64,000 bases of DNA from Gemmatimonadales bacterium (GTDB lineage: Bacteria; Gemmatimonadota; Gemmatimonadetes; Gemmatimonadales; GWC2-71-9), in the NCBI GenBank assembly GCA_035763805.1, contig DASUAL010000133.1:2518-66517 (forward strand), read 5' to 3'. This document shows, piece by piece, positions 54,606 to 62,465 of this stretch (position 1 is the first letter of the stretch; every line of letters starts with the position of its first letter). The position numbers and the translations under genes were made by a program. Under the pieces are notes generated by a model, which saw only the letters and a program-made list of their open reading frames with translations, was not told the DNA's origin and did not search any database.

Positions 54606-57352
54606 GGCTGCCCGCCTCCGAGCGTTGCCTGCAGCTGGCGCAACGCGTCCCCCAACCGGGACAGCTCCTCGCCGTACCGTGCCCAGTCGCCGGCGCGCTG
54701 CGCCTCCACGGCGCGCCGATACGACTCGGCCGCTTGGCGGGCGAGTTCGGCGGCGCGGCCGTCGCCGGGACGCCCGGCGCTGGGCGCGGCTGCCACCGCC
54801 GGCGGCCCGGCCACGCCGCCGAACAGCCGCGCCAGGCCAGCCTCGAGCGTTTCTTCCATCACGACCCGGTTCTGGTGGGCGACGACCACGCGCTTGAGCT
54901 CGGGGATGCGCCCGCCCTCGGCTCGCAGGTACAGCGGCTGCACGTAGATCAGTGACTCCTCGATCGGGATGACCAACAGGTTGCCCCGGATCACCTCGGA
55001 CCCGCGCTGGTCCCACAGCGAGACCTGGCGGGCGATCTCGGTGTCCTGGTTGATTCGGTTGACGATCTGGGCCGGTCCGAAGACCAGGCTCTGCTTGGGG
55101 AAGCGGTACACGATGAGCTGGCCGTAGTGCTCCCCGTCGTTACGGGCCACCATCCACGAGGCGAGGTTGTCCTTGCCGCGGGGCGTGAACGGTACCATGA
55201 AGATGAACTCCCCCTGCCGCTCCTCGGGCAGCCGCATCACCATGTGGCGCAGGAAGGGATCCTTCGCCTCGCCCGTCCGCGACAACACCGGCTTTTGCCA
55301 TTGGTCTTCGCGGTGGTAGAAGATCTCCGGTTCGGCCATGTGGTAGGTCGCGTACATGTCGGTCTGCACGCGGAACAGGTCCTCGGGATAGCGTAGATGC
55401 ACGCGCAGATCCGCCGGCATCGCGTCGAGCGGTTGGAAGATCCCGGGGAACACCTTCGCCAGGGTGCGCACCAGCGGGTCGGCCGGGTCGGCGAGGTACG
55501 CCGTGACGGTGCCGTTGTACGCGTCGATCACCACTTTCACGCTGTTGCGCAGGTAGTTCACGCCGTTGGGGAGGGGCTGCGCGTACGGGTAGCGAGTCGT
55601 CGCGGTGTAGGCGTCGAGGATCCAGTGGAGCCGTCCCGAATCATCCAAGACCATGTACGGGTCGCCGTCGAACAACAGGAACGGGAGCGCCGTGCGCGCC
55701 CGTTGCCGGATGTTGCGGATGTACATCGCGCGGCTGTCGTTGGTGATGTCGCTCGACAGCAGGACCTTGAGAGACCGGAAATACGTCGCGAGCACCAGGC
55801 GACGCAGCCACGAAGCGACCCGGACGCCCCCCGTTCCCTGGTACGTGGTGAAGATGTTTTCGTCCCCCGACGGATAGTCGAACTCCCGCTGCCGGGTCCG
55901 AGCGAACACCCACGGATCGGTCAGCTCGCCGAAGTAGATCTCCGGCCGCGTCACGCGCAGCGAGACACTGGACACGGGTGGCACGTCCTTGATGAACAGG
56001 ACCGGCAGTCCTTCCTCGGTCACCTGGTTCACGGGCCCGAGCGTGAGTCCCATTCCGTGCGTGAAGGTGAGCCGCTCGTTGATGAAGGTCCGCGTCGGCA
56101 GCGAGGCCGCGTTCAGCTCGCGCGGCGAGAGCATCACCTGGCGGTACCGGCCGTCGATCCAGTAGCGGTCGTCGTCCACCGAGACGAAGTCGTAGTAGGT
56201 GCGGATCTCCTGCAGCTGCCCGAACGTCTGGAGCAGCGGGTCGCGATCCCACAGACGGACGTTGTCGATGGTAGGCCGATTGGCTCGGATGTCCCGCTCG
56301 GTGAGCCGGGCCTCGCCGGTGAGATCGCGCGTCACGACGCCGTCCAGCCCCCAGGCGCGCCGCGTCGCCGCGATATGGTGGGCGAGCTGGGGCGTTTCCT
56401 TCACCAACTCGTTGGGCGCCACGACCAGCCTCTGAATGATCGCCGGGTACAGGACGATGCCCAGGAGCGACACGCCGAAGTACAGCCCGGCCGCGAGCAG
56501 CGTGTTGCGGGCCAGACGGTGGTTGCGGGCTCCCCACAGAACCATTGCTCCAGCAGCCACTGCGGCGAGCCCTACGACCCGCAGGCCGGCGAGCTTGGCG
56601 TGCAGATCAGCGAAGCTCGCTCCCACCAGGGGCCCGGTGGTCGAGTACAACAAGCCCGGGAGCCGGACGAAGTACACTCGCAGCGCCTCCCACAGGAACA
56701 GCAGGGCGATCAGCACGGCGAGGTGCAGCCGGGCCGACGGCTCCACCGTGACGTGACGCTGGAACACGACGACGTCCCGGCGCAGCACGTACAGCACCAC
56801 GGTCGCCAGCAGTGCGAACATCGTGAGGGTGGTGCCGACCCCGATCGCGCCCGCGACGACCGGCATCGTGAACACGTAATAGCCCAGATCGCGGCCGAAC
56901 ACGGGATCGCTCGCGTCGAACGGGGTCCGGTGCAGGAACTGGAGCACGCTCAGCCAGCCACCCCAGGCCCCGATGGCGAACAGCAGCGCCAGTCCGAGCG
57001 CCGCCGGGAGCGCGAGGCGGCGCAGCAACCGAGGCACATCGACCGCCGAGGCCCCGGCGTTGAACGTGAGTACCAGCGGGTTCGGGACGAGTCCGCGCTG
57101 GGCGAGCCGCAGGTTGGCGTAGAGAAACGCGAAGGCGACGGCGCCGACCACGCCGCCCAGCAGCAGTCGGGCCCCGAGCCGGGTCGTGAATACGCGCTCG
57201 TAGCCCAGGGCTCCGAACCACAGCCACTCGGCCGCGAGCTGCACCAGAGTGGGCGCGACCAGGAAGACCACCACCACGAGCACCAGCACGACGGCGTTGA
57301 ACCGACGCGCTCGCCGAGGCGGGAGCCGGCGCATCTGTGGCGGAGCGGTCAT
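54602..57352 (-). CDS. UPF0182 family large membrane protein
   Basis: 916 aa. N-terminal multi-TM region beginning ...QLAAEWLWFGALGYERVFTT, then a large soluble domain. Matches my recollection of UPF0182 proteins. Confidence 0.85.
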   Translation of the reverse strand: MTAPPQMRRLPPRRARRFNAVVLVLVVVVFLVAPTLVQLAAEWLWFGALGYERVFTTRLGARLLLGGVVGAVAFAFLYANLRLAQRGLVPNPLVLTFNAGASAVDVPRLLRRLALPAALGLALLFAIGAWGGWLSVLQFLHRTPFDASDPVFGRDLGYYVFTMPVVAGAIGVGTTLTMFALLATVVLYVLRRDVVVFQRHVTVEPSARLHLAVLIALLFLWEALRVYFVRLPGLLYSTTGPLVGASFADLHAKLAGLRVVGLAAVAAGAMVLWGARNHRLARNTLLAAGLYFGVSLLGIVLYPAIIQRLVVAPNELVKETPQLAHHIAATRRAWGLDGVVTRDLTGEARLTERDIRANRPTIDNVRLWDRDPLLQTFGQLQEIRTYYDFVSVDDDRYWIDGRYRQVMLSPRELNAASLPTRTFINERLTFTHGMGLTLGPVNQVTEEGLPVLFIKDVPPVSSVSLRVTRPEIYFGELTDPWVFARTRQREFDYPSGDENIFTTYQGTGGVRVASWLRRLVLATYFRSLKVLLSSDITNDSRAMYIRNIRQRARTALPFLLFDGDPYMVLDDSGRLHWILDAYTATTRYPYAQPLPNGVNYLRNSVKVVIDAYNGTVTAYLADPADPLVRTLAKVFPGIFQPLDAMPADLRVHLRYPEDLFRVQTDMYATYHMAEPEIFYHREDQWQKPVLSRTGEAKDPFLRHMVMRLPEERQGEFIFMVPFTPRGKDNLASWMVARNDGEHYGQLIVYRFPKQSLVFGPAQIVNRINQDTEIARQVSLWDQRGSEVIRGNLLVIPIEESLIYVQPLYLRAEGGRIPELKRVVVAHQNRVVMEETLEAGLARLFGGVAGPPAVAAAPSAGRPGDGRAAELARQAAESYRRAVEAQRAGDWARYGEELSRLGDALRQLQATLGGGQP

Positions 57353-57440
57353 CGAGGTAAACTAGCGCACGCGGTCATGGCCGCTACCCGATAGCACCGA
57401 CCCCTTCCGGGGGGGCCACCGTTGTCCCCTTGACAATCAC

Positions 57441-57471
57441 ATAACGCAGTTATATTACTTAACACGGTTAT
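57441..57471. promoter_or_regulatory. Two tandem TetR-operator-like palindromes overlapping the tetR promoter and start
   Basis: ATAAC-GCA-GTTAT (57441-57453) and TTAAC-ACG-GTTAT (57459-57471). TTGACA lies at 57430-57435 and TATATT at 57451-57456. Confidence 0.5.
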
Positions 57472-58114
57472 GAACGCCAGATCTACTGCCAGCCTGGAGC
57501 GCCGCGAGCGCGAGCGCGCTGAAACCCGCCGCAAAATCCTCGAGGCGGCGAGGCGGACGTTCGTGCAGCAGGGCTACGAACGTACGACCATGCGCGCCAT
57601 CGCCGCCAAGATCGGCTACACGCCCACGGCCATCTACCATCACTTCAAGGACAAGGACGCGCTGGTCGCCGAGCTGTCCGCGCTCGATTTCCGCGCGCTC
57701 TCACAGGCGCTGCGGCAGACTGGTTCCGTAGCCGATCCCGTGGAGCGCCTCGAGAAGATCGGGCAAGCGTACGTCGAGTTCGCCTTGACGCACCCGATGC
57801 CGTACCAATTCTTGTTCATGACACGCCGTCCAACGGACGCCGGGCAGGAGGCCATGCCCGGCGACCCTGGCGAGGATGCCTACGGCTTCCTGCGCCAGAC
57901 GTGCGCCGACGTGATCGCGACCGGGCGGCTGCGGCCCGAGTTCACCGACGCCGATGAGCTCGCACAGATGGCGTGGGGCTCGCTGCACGGGCTGGTCGCG
58001 CTGCAGATCGCCAAGGGCAATCACCCAGCTTTCCGTTGGCGCGATGTGCGGCAGACGGCGGCGAAGATCCGGGATGTGACGATTCGGGGCACCCTGCGGG
58101 AACCCACACGGTGA
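57470..58114 (+). CDS. TetR/AcrR family transcriptional regulator
   Basis: 214 aa. N-terminal HTH ...ILEAARRTFVQQGYERTTMRAIAAKIGYTPTAIYHHF. Confidence 0.9.
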   Translation: MNARSTASLERRERERAETRRKILEAARRTFVQQGYERTTMRAIAAKIGYTPTAIYHHFKDKDALVAELSALDFRALSQALRQTGSVADPVERLEKIGQAYVEFALTHPMPYQFLFMTRRPTDAGQEAMPGDPGEDAYGFLRQTCADVIATGRLRPEFTDADELAQMAWGSLHGLVALQIAKGNHPAFRWRDVRQTAAKIRDVTIRGTLREPTR

Positions 58115-58132
58115 GTTTTTTTGTTCATGTAG

Positions 58133-58145
58133 TTAACAGCGTTAT
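58133..58145. promoter_or_regulatory. Third copy of the TetR-operator-like palindrome, upstream of the small secreted-protein gene
   Basis: TTAAC-AGC-GTTAT, 48 nt upstream of the ATG at 58193, in an AT-rich gap. Confidence 0.45.
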
Positions 58146-58192
58146 GCTAGATGACAGTGTTAAAACACCCATGCGAAAGGAGCGGTACAGCG

Positions 58193-58543
58193 ATGCTTTC
58201 AATCCTTCACACCTCAGCCCGGGCGGCGCTCGTGGCAGGCCTCGTCGGCGCGTTCGCCCTGGCGGTCCCCGTGGCCGCGCGCGCGCAGTCGGTCACTTCG
58301 GAGCGGGCGCTCTTGAACAGGCTTGACGCAACGCCCCGCGGCACGGTTGCCGCCTTCACTCAGGTTCCAGCGGCCGCCGCCCCCGTTGAACAGGGATTTC
58401 TCGACGGCGAGCGGGCGCTACTCAACCGGTCCCGCACGGCCGCTGGCGAGCTCGCTGAGCAGCCCGAAATCGCCCAGCCGGGCCTCGCCGGCGCGCCGTA
58501 CGCGCACGGAGTCAGGGCGCTCCTAAACCGGTCGAGCTTGTGA
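58193..58543 (+). CDS. Small secreted protein with three RALLNR repeats
   Basis: 116 aa from the internal ATG of ORF 58151..58543 (RBS AAGGAG). Signal peptide ending ARA-QS. Motifs SERALLNRL, GERALLNRS and VRALLNRSSL-stop are encoded with different codons. Confidence 0.6.
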   Translation: MLSILHTSARAALVAGLVGAFALAVPVAARAQSVTSERALLNRLDATPRGTVAAFTQVPAAAAPVEQGFLDGERALLNRSRTAAGELAEQPEIAQPGLAGAPYAHGVRALLNRSSL

Positions 58544-58652
58544 ACCCCTGCCGCACCGCGCCGCCACCTTGCCCCTGGGACTCAGCATATCCGAAGGGTC
58601 GGGGCGGCGGCGCCGCGGCAAACGGGAGATCCAGGACAGGAGGAACACGACC

Positions 58653-59198
58653 ATGGACAGGACAATACTCACGCTTCTGGTCGGCTTGACCGGGATTGCG
58701 ACTGCGGCGCCGGCCAGGGCGCAGGACGCCGCCGTTCCCGAGGCTCCTGCCGTGCTGATCCTGTCTGGCCAGGCGCTGCGGTTTCTGGCGCTGCAGTACC
58801 GGTCGTATCCGACCGAATTCATGGGCTGCATGGTTGGGGAGGTTCGGGGCGATACGGTTGTGATCGAGCGGATCGCGCCTGCAGACGTGGATCCTTCGGA
58901 ATCAACAGCGACGTGGGTCGTGCCGCAGCAGACCTGCGAGGCGGCGGGGTGGACATCCACTGTCGGCCTGATTCACAGTCATCCCACCGGTGAGCGGTGC
59001 TGGTATTTCTTCCCAGGCACCGCGGTGCCTACCTCCGATGGGTACTCCTTCCTGCGCAGTGAGTATCCCGTAGACGCCATCATGTGTGGCGATCGCGTGG
59101 TGTGGATCAGTCGCGGTCAAATGCAGCAGGAGGTCGCACTCGTTGCGAGCCACGCTCCCTCGACGGGTGAGGGGCGAGTCGTGTCCGCTGCTCCCTGA
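58653..59198 (+). CDS. Exported JAB/MPN (JAMM)-like domain protein
   Basis: 181 aa from the internal ATG of ORF 58569..59198 (RBS AGGAGG). Signal peptide MDRTILTLLVGLTGIATAAPARAQD. PTEFMGCMVGEV (MPN N-terminal Glu region), GLIHSHP (HxH) and a distant PTSD. Four Cys in the mature part. Confidence 0.55.
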   Translation: MDRTILTLLVGLTGIATAAPARAQDAAVPEAPAVLILSGQALRFLALQYRSYPTEFMGCMVGEVRGDTVVIERIAPADVDPSESTATWVVPQQTCEAAGWTSTVGLIHSHPTGERCWYFFPGTAVPTSDGYSFLRSEYPVDAIMCGDRVVWISRGQMQQEVALVASHAPSTGEGRVVSAAP

Positions 59199-59251
59199 GC
59201 GGGGCGAGGAAGCAGGGCGACTTGAAGTCTTTCAAGGAATGGAGCGTGCAA

Positions 59252-60046
59252 ATGGACAAGACCAATGCCGGCCAGCTCACCACCCTGATCACAGGCGCCT
59301 CCGGAGGCATCGGATACGAGCTGGCCAAGCTCTTCGCCCGGGACCGGGGCCAACTGGTGCTCGTGGCCCGGAACGGAGACAGACTCGCGACCGTCGCACA
59401 GGAACTGCGCTCGCTGGGAGCGCCAGGGGTAGAGGTCATCGTGGCCGACCTGGCTGGTGCGCACGCGGTGCCGCCGCTGCTTCGAGAGTTGAGCGCCCGG
59501 GGTCTGGAAGTCGACGTCTTGGTCAACAACGCGGGCTACGGACTGTCGGGGAGCTTCACGACGACGGACCAGGCGACCGAGCTGGGGATGATCCAGCTCA
59601 ACGTCGGCGCCCTGACCGCACTCACCAAGGGGGTCCTGCCCGGAATGCTGGCTCGGGGCCAGGGCAGGATCCTGAACGTCGCCTCGACCGCAGGCTTCCA
59701 GCCGGGACCCTTCGCGGCGGTCTATTCCGCGACGAAGGCCTACGTGGTGTCGTTCTCCGAGGCTCTCGCGGAAGAGCTCACCGGCACGGGGGTCACCGTT
59801 ACGACTCTGTGTCCCGGTCCGACGGCTACCGGGTTCGCTTTCCGGGCGAACATGCAGCGGTCCCGGCTCTTCCGGGCCGGCGCGACCATGACCGCGCGGG
59901 CAGTCGCTGCCGCAGGGTATTCGGCGCTGAAGCGCGGCCAGCGGCTCGTCGTCCCGGGCTTGTTCAACAAGATCCAGTTGCAGTCGCTGCGGATCTCACC
60001 GCGGCACTGGGTGCTGAAGGTCGCCCGCGCCCTGATCTCATCGTGA
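59252..60046 (+). CDS. SDR family oxidoreductase
   Basis: About 264 aa. TGASGGIG cofactor motif, NNAG, and catalytic YSATK. Confidence 0.9.
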   Translation: MDKTNAGQLTTLITGASGGIGYELAKLFARDRGQLVLVARNGDRLATVAQELRSLGAPGVEVIVADLAGAHAVPPLLRELSARGLEVDVLVNNAGYGLSGSFTTTDQATELGMIQLNVGALTALTKGVLPGMLARGQGRILNVASTAGFQPGPFAAVYSATKAYVVSFSEALAEELTGTGVTVTTLCPGPTATGFAFRANMQRSRLFRAGATMTARAVAAAGYSALKRGQRLVVPGLFNKIQLQSLRISPRHWVLKVARALISS

Positions 60047-61419
60047 AGCTTCCACGCCTCCTTCGCGCGACGTTGGCGGGCCTGTTCGTCGCCAATGCCC
60101 CCGCCGCCCTCGGGGCCCAGCGGCCGGACCCGCTCGGGCACCTCGTTGCCGAGGCGCTGCGCTCGAACCTCGGGCTTGAAGCGGAGCGGTTCGCCGAGCG
60201 CCGCACCGCGGCCGACGTGCGTGCCGCACGCGGGCTGTTCTTCCCCACCCTCGGCCTCGCCTCGCGGTACTCGCGCCTGGGTGGTGTGCCGAACCTCGGC
60301 GACCTGGTGAACCCCGCGTACGCGACGCTCAACCAGCTCACGGGGACGAACCGGTTTCCGACCGACGTCGACATGACCTTCCCGCAGCGGCATGAGTCGC
60401 GCCTGCAGCTCGTCCAGCCGGTCTTCAACGCGGAGATCTTCGCCAACTACTCGGCGGCGCGCGCGCGCCGGGACGGCCAGCGGATGCAGCTCGCGGCCGC
60501 GGCGCGGCAACTCGCCGCCGACGTGCAGCTCGCCTACCTCCAGCAGGCCTCGGCGTGGCGCGTGGTCCAGATCCACGAGGCGGCGCTGGCGTTGGTGCGG
60601 GAGAACGAGCGCGTAGCGGAGCGCCTGCTCGCCGCGGGGCGCGCGACGCCCGAGGCCGTGCATCGCGCGCGCGCCGAGCGCGCCGACGTGGAGCAACAGC
60701 TCGCCGAGGCCCAGGAGCGACGGGTCGCGGCCGCCCGGGCGCTGAACCAGATCCTGCGGCGGCCGCTCGACGCGGCCGTCGAAGTGATCCCCGACAGCGC
60801 ATTCGATCTCCCGCTCGACGTCAGCCCCGACAGCGCCGTCACGCGTGCGCTCGCCGCGCGGGAGGAGCTGCGTCAGGTCGATGCCGGGGTGCGCGGCGCC
60901 CAGGCGGCTGGCCGCGCCGCGACCGCGGCGTTCCTCCCTAGCGTGTCGCTGGCGCTGGACTACGGCTTTCAGGGTCCGGACTTCGCGTTCCGCCGGAGCG
61001 ACGACTACTGGGTCGCCTCGCTCGTGGTGTCGTGGAATCTCTTCAACGGAGGCCGTGACGCCGCAGCGCGGTCCGCGGCCGGCTATGAGGAGGATCGGGC
61101 ACGGGCGCTCAGGCAGGACCTGGCGGAGCGCATCGCGCTCCAGGTTCGAACCGCGTACGAGGCCGCTGGCGTGGCGCGCGCGGCGATCGCCACGGCCGAC
61201 ACGCGCCTCGAAGCGGCGCGCCGGACCTTCGAGCTGGTGCGAAGGCGCTCCGAGGAGGGTGTCGCGAGCCCGATCGAGTTCGTGGACGCCCGCTCCGCGT
61301 ACACGAGCGCGCAGCTCAACCGCGCCCTCACCGCGCACCGCTACGCCATGCGATACGTCGAGCTGGAGCGTGCCGCCGCATTGCGCCGCCTCGACACCCT
61401 TGAGGAGACGAGCCGATGA
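60043..61419 (+). CDS. TolC-family outer membrane efflux protein
   Basis: Last 458 codons of ORF 59086..61419. GTG at 60043 overlaps the SDR stop (GTGA). Signal peptide followed by the duplicated OEP helical repeat pattern. Confidence 0.85.
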   Translation: MKLPRLLRATLAGLFVANAPAALGAQRPDPLGHLVAEALRSNLGLEAERFAERRTAADVRAARGLFFPTLGLASRYSRLGGVPNLGDLVNPAYATLNQLTGTNRFPTDVDMTFPQRHESRLQLVQPVFNAEIFANYSAARARRDGQRMQLAAAARQLAADVQLAYLQQASAWRVVQIHEAALALVRENERVAERLLAAGRATPEAVHRARAERADVEQQLAEAQERRVAAARALNQILRRPLDAAVEVIPDSAFDLPLDVSPDSAVTRALAAREELRQVDAGVRGAQAAGRAATAAFLPSVSLALDYGFQGPDFAFRRSDDYWVASLVVSWNLFNGGRDAAARSAAGYEEDRARALRQDLAERIALQVRTAYEAAGVARAAIATADTRLEAARRTFELVRRRSEEGVASPIEFVDARSAYTSAQLNRALTAHRYAMRYVELERAAALRRLDTLEETSR

Positions 61420-62465
61420 CTATTCGACATTCGATCGTGGTGGCCGGGCTGATCGCCGGGACCGCTTTCACCGCCGCGGCCTGCAGCCGGAGCCAGGGGG
61501 CGGCGACCTCAAGGCCCGAGGCTGCAGACGTTCGGGTGACCCCGATCGCCGTCGATACTCTGTCGCAACCGGTGACGGCGACGGGCACCCTGCGCCCAAA
61601 AGAGGAAGTCGCACTCAGCTTCAAGATCAGCGGGGTCGTCGCGAGCGTGACCGTGGACGAAGGGACTGCCGTCCACGCGGGCGACACGCTCGCCAAGCTC
61701 GACCTGCGCGAGATCGACGCGGCGGTGGCGCGCGCGCAAAGCGTCGCCGACAAGGCGGAGCGGGATGTCGCGCGGGTGCGCCGCCTCCAGGCCGACAGCG
61801 TGGCGACACTGTCCCAGCTACAGGACGGCGAGACGGCGGCCGACGTAGCGCGGGCCGACCTCGAGACCGCCCGATTCAATCGCCGCTTCGCCGTGATCGT
61901 GGCGCCGGCCGCCGGCGTGATCCTGCAGCGTCGGGTGGAGCCCGGCGAGCTGGTCGCGCCGGGCCACACTGTCCTGCTGCTTGGCAGCCACGGCCGGGGG
62001 GAGGTCGTCCGAGTCGCGCTCGCCGATCGCGACGTGGTGCGGGTGCGCCAAGGAGATCCCGCCGCAGTCCGGTTCGACGCGCTGGCGGAGCGGCGCTTCG
62101 CGGGCAGGGTGAGCGAGGTGGCCCCCAGCGCCGATCCCGCGACCGGGACCTACATGGTCGAAATCGCCCTGCCCGACGCGGCCGGACTCCCGAGCGGGCT
62201 CATTGCGGCCGTCGTCATCCGCCCCGGGCGCGGCCGGCCGACGACCGTGGTGCCGGTGGAGGCGATCCTGGAAGCCGACGGGGAGCAGGCGACCGTCTTC
62301 GTGCTGTCCGCCGACGGCCGGACCGCCGAACGGCGCCGGGTGACCCTCGCGTTTCTCGCGGGCGACCGAGTGGCTGTTCGGGATGGGCTGGCGGACGCGC
62401 AGGCCGTGATCACCGACGGGGCGGCCTACCTGGCCGACGGCGACGCAGTGAGGGTGCGCCCGTGA
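61416..62465 (+). CDS. Efflux RND transporter periplasmic adaptor subunit
   Basis: 349 aa. ATGA overlap with the OMF gene. Lipobox-like AAC. Barrel-sandwich and hairpin pattern. Confidence 0.9.
   Translation: MTIRHSIVVAGLIAGTAFTAAACSRSQGAATSRPEAADVRVTPIAVDTLSQPVTATGTLRPKEEVALSFKISGVVASVTVDEGTAVHAGDTLAKLDLREIDAAVARAQSVADKAERDVARVRRLQADSVATLSQLQDGETAADVARADLETARFNRRFAVIVAPAAGVILQRRVEPGELVAPGHTVLLLGSHGRGEVVRVALADRDVVRVRQGDPAAVRFDALAERRFAGRVSEVAPSADPATGTYMVEIALPDAAGLPSGLIAAVVIRPGRGRPTTVVPVEAILEADGEQATVFVLSADGRTAERRRVTLAFLAGDRVAVRDGLADAQAVITDGAAYLADGDAVRVRP

Noticed and set aside
55397-57394. 665-aa + strand ORF
   Set aside because: It is antisense to the UPF0182 gene. Shadow-ORF composition.
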